A stretch of DNA of 64,000 nt, taken from positions 6,112,001-6,176,000 of the forward strand of contig JBKAGP010000001.1 of NCBI GenBank assembly GCA_046290465.1. The letters are read 5' to 3'. Both the position numbers and the translations under genes were made by a program. This DNA is from Planctomycetota bacterium (GTDB lineage: Bacteria; Planctomycetota; UBA1135; UBA2386). Each line of letters opens with the position of its first letter. Position 1 is the stretch's first letter. A model generated the notes under the pieces. That model was not told the origin of the DNA and ran no database searches. It was given only the letters and a program-made list of their open reading frames with translations. Shown here in pieces: positions 20,597 to 29,438 of the stretch.

Positions 20597-22390
20597 TCAG
20601 AACTGCAGTTCGACGCCGTCCGTCAGGATCAGCGCGCCGGTCGCGTCGACGCCGATGCCCTGGACCATGACGCTCAGGCCCGACAGGCCCGGCGGCACGA
20701 TCACGGCCACGGCACCGCCGCCGAACGGCAGCGCGTACGGGAAGCCACCCGTGAAGCCGCCGATGAGCGGGAAGCTCGGGGCGAACGGGTTCAGCCACAG
20801 CGGCGGCAGGAAGGTCGACTGGCCGGCGGCCGTGTCGAACAGCTGGAACATCGCGGCGAACGGCTGGCCGTAGAGCGAGCCGTTCGGCGAGTCGACGCGG
20901 ACCGAGACGCTCTGGAACGCCTGCGGGTTGCGCACGAACTCACCCGGGCCCTTGCTCGGCACGGCGTCGACGCCGGTCTTGAGGGTCAGGTCCAGGTCGG
21001 CGCCCGGGTACGGACGCGTCTCGAACGCCCACAGCGCATCGTTGCCCGAGGCCGGGTGCTGGATGTTGCAGATCGCGCGGTACGGGTTGTTCGGGTCGAA
21101 GATCAGGCCGGTCGGCTCCGAGCCGGTGGTGGCCAGCGACGCGAAGATCGCGAGGTGCTCGGCGACGCCGTCGCCGTCGGCGTCGACGGCCTTCCAGATG
21201 TCACCGGGGGTCTCGTCCTCGAGGATGTAGATCGCGCCGTCGGGGCCGATCGTCAGGTTGTCCGGATCGTCGAAGTTGGTCTCCGTGTCCGGGCCGGGGC
21301 TGGTGAAGGGGTCCTGCTGCGTCGGGTTGACGTCGGTGCCCGTCGCCAGGTTGATCGTGTCGTAGTTGCAGAAGTCGCGGACCATGCAGGTCGTGCTGCT
21401 GATCAGCTCGATCGACAGCACGCGGTTCTCGCTGGTCAGGGCGACGTAGACGCACTCGTTGCCGTTGGCGAGGAAGCCGATGTCGAGGTCCTCCGGGCGG
21501 CCGAACGGCGTGCCGAAGACTTCGTCGGCGGCGAGCTGGCCGGCCGTGACCGTCACGTAGGTGAACGGGTTGGTCGGGGTCAGCGGCTGGTTGTTGACGT
21601 CGGTCAGCGGGACCCACGTGGCCATGCCTTCGCGGGTGGTCAGCTGGTTGGCCGCCGAGTTGAAGTTCTCGGCCGGGTTGGCGTTCGGGTCGTTGGCGTA
21701 GCCGTCGACGCTGAGCACGAACGACTGGCCCGAGCTGAGGTCGCCGTAGGTCGTCGGCACGAACTTGTAGATGCTGCCCGTGTTGCTCTCGTCGATGTAG
21801 TAGAGCGTGCCTTCCGAGTCGATGCGCATGCCTTCGTGGCGGACCGACGGGATCGAGTCGTGCCAGATGACGTTGAACGGCCCGGTCGGGTCGAGCGGGT
21901 TGGTGCACTCGAAGAAGCGACCACCGGTGGTCTCCTCACCGAAGATGATCGAGCCCCACGGGGTCCAGGTGCACGGGTCGTTGGCGACGGTCTCGTCGGT
22001 GGTGTGGTCGAACGTGTTCGGGTCCGACTGACGGTTGGCGGCACCGGCGGCGTTGCCGATGAAGATCTCGATCCAGTCACCGGTCAGCGTGTCGTAGCGG
22101 AAGATGCCGCCGCCCGCGCCGAAGTTCTCGCACGGCACGAAGATGAAGCGGCTGTCGGGGCTGAACGCGACCATGTCCCAGTTGTTGGCGGTGGCCGGCA
22201 GGCCTTGCGCCATCAGGGTGTTGCGGTCGGTGATCTTGGTCTGGGTGACGCCGGTCGGCACCAGGAACGGAGCCGTGTTCTCGTTCGACGACGTGATCGG
22301 CGCCGAGTCGGGGATCGGGTAGAAGGTGCCTTGGGCGGCCAGCGAACCGGCGGCGACGAGCACGGAGGTAGTGAGGATGATGTTGCGCAT
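20597..22390 (-). CDS. phoX: PhoX-family (DUF839) alkaline phosphatase-like protein with C-terminal accessory domain
   Basis: TPWG....GEE, RHEG, IYKFVP, RPED, PDNL, EPTG, NIQHP; Sec-type signal; start set at ATG 22390. Confidence 0.85.
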   Translation of the reverse strand: MRNIILTTSVLVAAGSLAAQGTFYPIPDSAPITSSNENTAPFLVPTGVTQTKITDRNTLMAQGLPATANNWDMVAFSPDSRFIFVPCENFGAGGGIFRYDTLTGDWIEIFIGNAAGAANRQSDPNTFDHTTDETVANDPCTWTPWGSIIFGEETTGGRFFECTNPLDPTGPFNVIWHDSIPSVRHEGMRIDSEGTLYYIDESNTGSIYKFVPTTYGDLSSGQSFVLSVDGYANDPNANPAENFNSAANQLTTREGMATWVPLTDVNNQPLTPTNPFTYVTVTAGQLAADEVFGTPFGRPEDLDIGFLANGNECVYVALTSENRVLSIELISSTTCMVRDFCNYDTINLATGTDVNPTQQDPFTSPGPDTETNFDDPDNLTIGPDGAIYILEDETPGDIWKAVDADGDGVAEHLAIFASLATTGSEPTGLIFDPNNPYRAICNIQHPASGNDALWAFETRPYPGADLDLTLKTGVDAVPSKGPGEFVRNPQAFQSVSVRVDSPNGSLYGQPFAAMFQLFDTAAGQSTFLPPLWLNPFAPSFPLIGGFTGGFPYALPFGGGAVAVIVPPGLSGLSVMVQGIGVDATGALILTDGVELQF

Positions 22391-22577
22391 TGGGTATCGG
22401 GTGGGCCGCGACCAACGCGGCCCGTTCGAGAGCACCCGACCCTAGGCAGCGGTGACAAAGTCACCGGTCCATCACGTTAAGAGTGGTGGCATGCGCGTTC
22501 CTTCACATGCGCTTGTCGCGGTGCATTGCCTCGCTGCCAATACGGCAATGCCTCGCAATGCACGTTCGTGCGCGCCG

Positions 22578-22976
22578 CTACTGGATCTTGATCTCGACGG
22601 CGTTGCTGAGGCCGAAGTAGAAGTCGAGCTGGCACAGCCCGGCGCCGAACAGCACGCCCTGGGCGTAGAACGTGAAGTCGACCAGCATCGGATCGTTCGG
22701 GATCGAGACCTGGTAGGTGACCAGCGTGATCAGGTCGAGGTCGGGCACCAGCACGCTCGAGCAGTTGGCGCCGATCGAGGTCATCGGCACGTCGGCGCGC
22801 GTGAGCCCGAGCACGACCGCGGGCAGCGGCGCGATCAGCGGGCTGATCTGCAGGGTGCTGCCGATCGTCGGCGTTCCGGAGATGAACAGCGGCGAGGTGC
22901 CGCCGCCAAGGGGCGTGATCTGGGCCGAAGCGGCGGTGGTCAACAGCAGGGCGCAGGCGAGGGTGGTCGTCTTCAT
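22578..22976 (-). CDS. Small secreted protein: signal peptide plus lineage-type C-terminal domain only
   Basis: MKTTTLACALLLTTAASA|Q...G.P.IG...LG...GANC..LVP...SIPNDP.L....FYAQ...SNAVEI; coding-like GC3 bias. Confidence 0.8.
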   Translation of the reverse strand: MKTTTLACALLLTTAASAQITPLGGGTSPLFISGTPTIGSTLQISPLIAPLPAVVLGLTRADVPMTSIGANCSSVLVPDLDLITLVTYQVSIPNDPMLVDFTFYAQGVLFGAGLCQLDFYFGLSNAVEIKIQ

Positions 22977-23101
22977 GGCGTCGGTCGCGTAGCGGTCGGT
23001 TGGGCCCGTGACGATGGGTCGCGGGCAGGATCAGAGCCGACAGCCTGGCGGCCGATCGCGTAGCCGGAGCCAATGCTCCGCGAGCAATCGATGAGGATCC
23101 G

Positions 23102-26100
23102 CTACATCCGCGTGAACGACAGGTTCTCCGGTCCGACCAGCAGCGCCAGCTCGTCGAGCAGCTGGTCGGTGATGCGCACGCCGTTGTCCGAGCGCACGCG
23201 GAACCAGTCGCCGTCGTCCTCGATGTCCATGTGGAAGTGCGCGTCGCCCTTGTGGCGCTCGACGACCTCGTAGATCCGTTCGATCGACTGCTCGGTCGCC
23301 AGCGCACCGTCGAGGTTGAGCACGATGCCGGCGACCTCGCGCCGCACCACCTCCTCGGCGGCGTTCAGCTCGTCCAGCAGCAGCGCCGGCTCGTCGCTGC
23401 CCTTGTCGCGGCGCGCCTTCACGAACACGATCGCGTCCTCGACGATGTGGTCCTTGACGGTCTCGAACGTGCGCGCGAAGCACGTCACCGGCACCTGGCC
23501 GTCGAGGTCCTCGAGCAGGAACTTGGCCATCTTCTTGCCGGCGTTCTTGCCCTGCTTGATCTGCAGGATGCGCGCGCCGCTGATCATGCCGGCGATGCGG
23601 ATCTGGTCACCCTGCTGCATCGTCTCGACCGCGCCGATGGTGCTGCCGGCGATGCGCGCCAGGAACCGACCCCGCTTCTCGAACGGGTGCCCCGACAGGT
23701 AGAAGCCGAGCGACTCCTTCTCGCGCGCCAGGCGGTCGTGCTCGGGCCACTCCGGCACGCCGTCGTCGACCGCCTCGGCGACCGCCACCGGCTCGGCCGC
23801 GAACAGCATCTTCTGGCCCTTGCGCTTGTCCTCGCGCGCGTTGGCCGCGGCGCGCAGCGCCGACTCGATCTGCTTGCTGTTGCCGGCGCGGGTGCGCCCC
23901 ATGTCGTCGAACGCGCCGGACGTCACCAGGGACTCGAGCGCGGTCTTGTTGATCAGCGTGCCGTCGAGCCGCTCACACAGGTCGTCCATGTTCACGTACG
24001 GCCCGTTCTGGGCGCGTTCCTCGGCGATCGCGTCGGCGCAGCGCGAACCGACGCCCTTGATCGCGCCGAGGCCGTAGCGGATGCAGCCGTCCTCGACGTT
24101 GAAGTAGCGCATCGAGTGGTTGACCGACGGCGGCAGGATCGTCATGCCCGAGCGGCGGATGTCGTCGACGAACTCCTTGATCTTCTCGCTGTTGTTCGAC
24201 TCCGTCGTCAGGTTCGCCGCGGTGAACTCGGTCGGGTAGTGGGCCTTGAGCCAGGCGGTCTGGTAGGTGACCAGCGCGTACGCCGTCGAGTGCGACTTGT
24301 TGAAGCCGTAGCCCGCGAAGTACTCCATCGTCTCGAAGAGCTCCTTGGCGAACTTGCCGTCGTAGCCCTTCGCCTCGGCCCCCTCGATGAACTGGTCCTT
24401 GAACTTGAGCATGACCTCGGGCTTCTTCTTGCCCATGGCCTTGCGCAGGTTGTCCGCCTCGGACATCGAGAAGCCCCCGATGCTGCCCGAGATCTGCATG
24501 ACCTGTTCCTGGTAGACGATGACGCCGTAGGTCGGCTCGAGGATCGTCGAGGTGTCCTCGTGCGGGTCGACGGTCTTCTCCTCGCCGTGCTTTCTGCGCA
24601 CGAACATGTCGACCATGCCCGAGCCGAGCGGGCCCGGGCGGTAGAGCGCCAGCACCGCGATCACGTCCTCGAAGTTGTCCGGCTTGAGCCGCGTCAGCAG
24701 TTCGCGCATGCCGGACGATTCCAGCTGGAACACGCCCTGCGTGTCGCCGCGCGCCATCAGCTCGTAGGTCGGCTTGTCGTCGAGCGGCAGGTGGTTGAGG
24801 TCGAGGTCGACGCCGTGCACCTCCTTCACCAGCCGCGCACCCTCGGCCAGGATCGTCAGCGTCTTGAGGCCGAGGAAGTCCATCTTGAGGAGGCCGACCT
24901 CCTCGAGCTCCGTCATCTGCCACTGGGTGATGACGTCGTCGCCGTTCTTGGCCAGCGGCACGTATTCGAGCACCGGCTTGTCGGCGATGACGACGCCGGC
25001 GGCGTGGATCGAGTTGTGGCGGGCCGAGCCCTCGAGCTTGAGCGCCAGCTCGAACAGGCGCTTGTGTTGCGGCGAGCTGTCGCGGATCTCCTGCAGTTCG
25101 GTGTCGGTCTCGAGCGCGGCCTTCAGCGACGCGCCGGGGCCCTGCGGCACCTTCTTGCACAGCGCGTTGATGTCCGAGACCGGGAAGTCGAGCACGCGGC
25201 CGACGTCCTTCAGCACGCCGCGCGACGCCATCGTACCGAACGTGATGATCTGGCAGACGCAGTCGTAGCCGTACTTCTCACGCACGTACTGGATGACCTC
25301 CTCGCGCCGGTTGCCGCAGAAGTCGATGTCGATATCCGGCATCGACACGCGGCCCGGGTTGAGGAAGCGCTCGAACAGCAGGTTGTACTCGAGCGGGCAG
25401 ACGTCGGTGATGCCGAGGCAGTACGCGACGATCGAGCCGGCCGCCGAACCGCGCCCCGGGCCGACCGGGATGCCCATGTCCTTGGCGACCTTGATGAAGT
25501 CCCAGGTGATCAGGAAGTAGCTGACGAAGCCGAGCTTCTTGATGATCCCGACCTCGTAGTCGAGCCGTTCCTGCACCTGCTCGGTGATCTCGCCGTAGCG
25601 CTCGATCGCACCTTCGCGGCAGAGCTTGGCGAAGTAGTCGTCCGGGGTGCTCTTGTCCTCGGGTTCGTAGACCGGCACGTGGTAGACGCCGAACTCGATG
25701 TCGACGTCGCAGCGGTCGGCGATCTTGACGGTGTTCTCGAGCGCCTCCGGCCAGCTCGCGAACGCCTTGTGCATCTCGGCGCGCGACTTCAGGTAGAGCT
25801 CGCGCGAACCCATGCGGAAGCGCTCCTGGTCGGCGACCGACTTTCCCGACCGGATGCACAGCATGATGTCCTGCGCCAGCCAGTCTTCCTGCTTGAGGTA
25901 GTGCACGTCGTTGGTCGCGACGCACGGGATGCCGAGTTCTGCGCCGAGCTTCTTCAGCCCGACGGTGACCTTGCGCTGCGCCTCGTAGCCGGTGATCGCG
26001 ACCTCGAGGAAGAAGTTCTCCTCGCCGAAGAGGTCGCGCAGCGACAGCGCCGCCTGCTTGGCGGCCTCGTAGTCGTTCTGCTGGATCGCCATCGCGACCT

Positions 26101-26530
26101 GCGACGAGACCGTGCCGGACAGGCAGATGATGCCCTCCTTGTGCGCCTCGATCATCTCGCGGTCGACGCGCGGCCGGTAGCTGAAGCCCTCGAGCCACGC
26201 CTTGCCGCTGAGCTTCTTGAGGTTCTCGAAGCCGACGTTGTTCTCGGCCAGCAGCGTCAGGTCGAACGTCGGGTTGTCGGCGCCGGCGGTCTCCTTGGCG
26301 GTGCGGCCGGCGTAGTAGGTCGTCTGGCCGAGGATCGGCTTGATCTCCGCCTTCTTGCACGCCTTGAACAGGTCCACCGACCCGAACATGTTGCCGTTGT
26401 CGGTCAGCGCGATGGCCGGCTGGCCATCCTCCTTGGCGGCCGCGACCAGCGGCCCGACCTGGGCCGGAGCGGTCAGCAGGCTGTAGTGCGAACGCACGTG
26501 CAGGTGGACGAACGGCGGCGCTTCGGTCAT
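23102..26530 (-). CDS. dnaE: DNA polymerase III subunit alpha
   Basis: PHP HLHV.S.YSLL, GPGRGSAAGS, FERFLNP.R.SMPDIDIDF, GLLKMDFLGL, YGFNKSH, OB fold. Confidence 0.99.
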   Translation of the reverse strand: MTEAPPFVHLHVRSHYSLLTAPAQVGPLVAAAKEDGQPAIALTDNGNMFGSVDLFKACKKAEIKPILGQTTYYAGRTAKETAGADNPTFDLTLLAENNVGFENLKKLSGKAWLEGFSYRPRVDREMIEAHKEGIICLSGTVSSQVAMAIQQNDYEAAKQAALSLRDLFGEENFFLEVAITGYEAQRKVTVGLKKLGAELGIPCVATNDVHYLKQEDWLAQDIMLCIRSGKSVADQERFRMGSRELYLKSRAEMHKAFASWPEALENTVKIADRCDVDIEFGVYHVPVYEPEDKSTPDDYFAKLCREGAIERYGEITEQVQERLDYEVGIIKKLGFVSYFLITWDFIKVAKDMGIPVGPGRGSAAGSIVAYCLGITDVCPLEYNLLFERFLNPGRVSMPDIDIDFCGNRREEVIQYVREKYGYDCVCQIITFGTMASRGVLKDVGRVLDFPVSDINALCKKVPQGPGASLKAALETDTELQEIRDSSPQHKRLFELALKLEGSARHNSIHAAGVVIADKPVLEYVPLAKNGDDVITQWQMTELEEVGLLKMDFLGLKTLTILAEGARLVKEVHGVDLDLNHLPLDDKPTYELMARGDTQGVFQLESSGMRELLTRLKPDNFEDVIAVLALYRPGPLGSGMVDMFVRRKHGEEKTVDPHEDTSTILEPTYGVIVYQEQVMQISGSIGGFSMSEADNLRKAMGKKKPEVMLKFKDQFIEGAEAKGYDGKFAKELFETMEYFAGYGFNKSHSTAYALVTYQTAWLKAHYPTEFTAANLTTESNNSEKIKEFVDDIRRSGMTILPPSVNHSMRYFNVEDGCIRYGLGAIKGVGSRCADAIAEERAQNGPYVNMDDLCERLDGTLINKTALESLVTSGAFDDMGRTRAGNSKQIESALRAAANAREDKRKGQKMLFAAEPVAVAEAVDDGVPEWPEHDRLAREKESLGFYLSGHPFEKRGRFLARIAGSTIGAVETMQQGDQIRIAGMISGARILQIKQGKNAGKKMAKFLLEDLDGQVPVTCFARTFETVKDHIVEDAIVFVKARRDKGSDEPALLLDELNAAEEVVRREVAGIVLNLDGALATEQSIERIYEVVERHKGDAHFHMDIEDDGDWFRVRSDNGVRITDQLLDELALLVGPENLSFTRM

Positions 26531-26607
26531 CGCGCCGCAAGGTTACCGCTTCCGTCGTCCGGCTTCGAGCCACTGCGTGCGAGCCCGCGGGCGCGCGTTG
26601 GTTGCGT

Positions 26608-26768
26608 TGCGAAGCAACGCGCTCGAGAAAGCGCGCGGCTTCAGCCGCGCGCGATCCACGCGATGCGAAGCAACGCGCTCGAAGAAGCGCGCGGCCTTAG
26701 CCGCGCGCGATCCACGCGATGCGAAGCAACGCGCTCGAGAAAGCGCGCGGCTTCAGCCGCGCGCGATC
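26608..26768. repeat. Tandem array of ~2.9 x 56-bp units with palindromic hairpin, overlapping the 3' end of the SPT gene
   Basis: Units start at 26608, 26664, 26720; GCGCGCGGC-TTCA-GCCGCGCGC stem; SPT stop at 26753-26755 lies in unit 3. Confidence 0.93.
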
Positions 26769-27973
26769 GAAGCGCTGTTCGGCGGCAGGTCGGCGATCAG
26801 GCCGATCTTGCGTCCCGCCTCGGCGAAGCGGTCTAGCACCTGGTCGATCTGCTCGTCGGTGTGGCTGGCGATGTACGACGTGCGGATCAGGTCGGCGCCG
26901 ACCGGCACTGCCGGTTGGGTCACGGCGTTGGTGAACAATCCACAGTCGAACAGCGTTCTCCACAGCCGCAGCATGCGGTCCTGGTCGCCGACGATGACCG
27001 GCACGATCGGGCTGGCCAGCGTGCCTTCCGTCTTGAAGCCCATCTCGGCCAGTCCCGTGCGCACGCGGTGCGCGATCTGCAGCACGCGCTTGCGCATGTC
27101 GGGCTGCTGCTCGATCAGGTCGAGCGACGCCAGCGCGGCGGCCGCCGACGACGGCGTGATCGACGCCGAGAAGATCAGCGAACGCGCCTGGTGGCGCATG
27201 TAGTGGATCACCTTGGCCGGACCGGCGACGAACCCGCCGAGGCTGGCGAAGCTCTTCGAGAACGTGCCCATCACCAGGTCGGGGTGGATGCCGCAGTGCT
27301 CGGCCGCGCCCCGGCCGGTCTCGCCGAGCACGCCGATCGCGTGCGCCTCGTCGACCATCAGGCGCGCGCCGTACTGGTCGGCAAGCGCGCGGATCTCGGC
27401 GAGCGGCGCGAGGTCGCCCATCATCGAGTAGAGACCGTCGACGACGATCATCATGCCGCGCTGCTGTTCGCTGGCGAGCTGCAGGTGGCGCTCGAGGTCC
27501 TCGACGTCGCTGTGGCGGAACTTGCGCACGTCGGCGAACGCCAGCCGGCAGCCGTCGATGATCGACGCGTGGTTCTCGCGGTCACAGAAGATCACGTCGC
27601 CCTTGCCGCAGATCGACGAGATCGCGCCGAGGTTGACCTGGAAGCCGGTCGAGTAGCACAGCGCAGCTTCCTGCCCCATGAACTTTGCCAGCCGTCGTTC
27701 CAACTCCTCGTGGAGCTCGAGCGTGCCGTTGAGGAACCGCGAGCCCGAGCACGACGTGCCGTAGCGGTCGATGGCTTCGCGTGCAGCAGCGCGCACCTTC
27801 GGGTGGTGGGTCAACCCGAGGTAGTTGTTGCTGCCGATCATGATCAGCTGCTTGCCGCCGATCTCGACCTCGGTGCCCTCACTCCCTTCCAGTGGAATGA
27901 AGTAGGGATACACACCGAGCGCCTTCAGCTCGTCGGGCCGGTCAAAGCCGTCGCACTTTTCGAAGATGTCCAA
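26753..27973 (-). CDS. spt: PLP-dependent alpha-oxoamine synthase, probably serine palmitoyltransferase (Bacteroides-type)
   Basis: GVYPYF, GSNNYLGL..HP.V, GSRFLNGTL, YSTGFQVNLG, HASI, VDEAH, MGTFSKS, LRH/MRH..RS.IFSAS; TTG start. SPT versus BioF/Kbl is inferred from these motifs. Confidence 0.75.
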   Translation of the reverse strand: MDIFEKCDGFDRPDELKALGVYPYFIPLEGSEGTEVEIGGKQLIMIGSNNYLGLTHHPKVRAAAREAIDRYGTSCSGSRFLNGTLELHEELERRLAKFMGQEAALCYSTGFQVNLGAISSICGKGDVIFCDRENHASIIDGCRLAFADVRKFRHSDVEDLERHLQLASEQQRGMMIVVDGLYSMMGDLAPLAEIRALADQYGARLMVDEAHAIGVLGETGRGAAEHCGIHPDLVMGTFSKSFASLGGFVAGPAKVIHYMRHQARSLIFSASITPSSAAAALASLDLIEQQPDMRKRVLQIAHRVRTGLAEMGFKTEGTLASPIVPVIVGDQDRMLRLWRTLFDCGLFTNAVTQPAVPVGADLIRTSYIASHTDEQIDQVLDRFAEAGRKIGLIADLPPNSASIARG

Positions 27974-28051
27974 GGTCCGTCAGGATGGTAGATTCCGGCG
28001 CCTGGACTGACAAAACCTTTGTCCGCGCCGGGTTCCAGAGGATTCGAGAGG

Positions 28052-29077
28052 ATGGTGGAAACTGCGTCAGCGCCGAATCGGTTGCCGGGATCCGGCAGCC
28101 TGCTGGTGACCGGGGCGACGGGGTTCCTCGGTGGCGTGCTGGTGCGTCGGTTATTGGCGGATGGTATCGCACCGGAGCGCCTGCGGTGCCTGGTTCGCGA
28201 CCCCGCGCGGGCGGCCCGCGGTGGCCTGCCGACCGAATCGCTGGTCCACGCCGACCTCGGTGCGCACGACTGCGGTGCCGCGATCGCCGAGGCGGCGCGC
28301 GGGGCCGACCTGGTCGTGCACCTGGCCGGCTCGCTGAAGGCCTACGACCGCGCGGGCTTCGACGAGGTCAACGTGCACGGCACCGAACGGCTGGTCGCGG
28401 CCGTGCGCGAGGCGGCGCCGCGAGCGCACTTCGTGCACGTCTCGTCGCTGGCTGCGGCCGGGCCGAGCGTCGACGGTGCGGGCAGCGATCGGCCGGCGGC
28501 GGAATGTCGCACCGTCTCGCGCTACGGCGAGAGCAAGCGGCGCGGCGAACTGGCGGTGGTCGGCAGCGGCATGGCCTTCACGGTGCTGCGCCCGCCGGTC
28601 GTCTACGGCCCCGACGACGGCGCGACGCAGCTGTTGTTCCGCCAGGTGCTGGCGCCGCTGACCGCGGTGCCGAGGCGGCCGCGGCCGCTGTCGGTGATCC
28701 ACGCCGACGACGTCGCCGAGGCCTTGTGGCTGGCGGTGTGCAGGCGGCCGGCCGGCGCGTTCCTGCCGCTCGACGGCCCCGAACGGACCGATACCCACGC
28801 GTTCCTGCGCGCGATCGGCGCTGCCTGCGACCGCCCGCCGCGGCTGCTGCCGGTGCCGATGGCGGTCGCCGGCCTGGCTGCTCGTGCCAGCGACCTGTGG
28901 GCGCGGCTGCGTCGAACACCTGGCTACTTCAACCGCGACAAGGTGCGCGAGATCGCGGCGCCGGGCTGGGTCGCCGACGGCGGCCCGGCGCGGCGGCTGC
29001 TCGGCTTCTCGGCGGGCACCCGACTGGCCGACGGCCTGCGCGCGGTTGCGGTCGCCGAGGGCTTCGCGGCTCGGTAG
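28052..29077 (+). CDS. Extended SDR (NAD-dependent epimerase/dehydratase family), candidate ceramide reductase CerR-like
   Basis: TGATGFLG, VHLAG, NV.GT, SSLAA.GP, YGESK (YxxxK), RPP.VYGP; divergent from spt. Confidence 0.85.
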   Translation: MVETASAPNRLPGSGSLLVTGATGFLGGVLVRRLLADGIAPERLRCLVRDPARAARGGLPTESLVHADLGAHDCGAAIAEAARGADLVVHLAGSLKAYDRAGFDEVNVHGTERLVAAVREAAPRAHFVHVSSLAAAGPSVDGAGSDRPAAECRTVSRYGESKRRGELAVVGSGMAFTVLRPPVVYGPDDGATQLLFRQVLAPLTAVPRRPRPLSVIHADDVAEALWLAVCRRPAGAFLPLDGPERTDTHAFLRAIGAACDRPPRLLPVPMAVAGLAARASDLWARLRRTPGYFNRDKVREIAAPGWVADGGPARRLLGFSAGTRLADGLRAVAVAEGFAAR

Positions 29078-29078
29078 G

Positions 29079-29438
29079 TCAGCGCCGGGTCCGCGCGAAG
29101 CGCAGCAGCTCCAGCAGATCGGCCGACGTCAGCGTGGCCAACGAGCACCTCGCGACGACGTCGTCGCCGTCGGTCGCGACCTCGATGGCCTGCAGCGAGC
29201 GGACCAGCTTGTCGTGGGCCGTGTCGCGTGCGCCGTCCGGGATCACTCCGTCGATCATCGCGACGAACGTGTGATCCAGACGACCGGCGAAGGTCCGCCA
29301 CGCCTCGACCTCGTCGCTTGCGAGGAACCGGAGTTCGGCCACGGCCGTCGGCGCGAAGTCCACCGTCAGGGTCGCCCTCGTCGGTTTCGGCGCGCCCGCG
29401 AACGCCGACCACAAGGAGCTGGTCTCGGGCATGGTCAC
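29079..29438 (-). CDS. Hypothetical protein, possibly the frameshifted 3' part of the upstream ORF
   Basis: Coding-like codon usage; GTGA overlap with the upstream ORF stop; no recognisable motif. Confidence 0.5.
   Translation of the reverse strand: MTMPETSSLWSAFAGAPKPTRATLTVDFAPTAVAELRFLASDEVEAWRTFAGRLDHTFVAMIDGVIPDGARDTAHDKLVRSLQAIEVATDGDDVVARCSLATLTSADLLELLRFARTRR

Noticed and set aside
26608..26768. Mini-CRISPR or MITE
   Set aside because: Whole units are duplicated without spacers, terminal inverted repeats or a target-site duplication.
23231..26836. 1201-aa ORF antisense to dnaE, and the many other long antisense or alternate-frame ORFs in the track
   Set aside because: Shadow ORFs expected from high GC3 codon bias. 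They are R/A/G/P-rich, carry no motifs and overlap well-supported genes.
26753..27973. 8-amino-7-oxononanoate synthase (bioF) or glycine C-acetyltransferase (kbl)
   Set aside because: Not excluded, but disfavoured: the GVYPYF, GSRFLNGT and GTFSKS motifs and the absence of bio or tdh neighbours fit SPT better.
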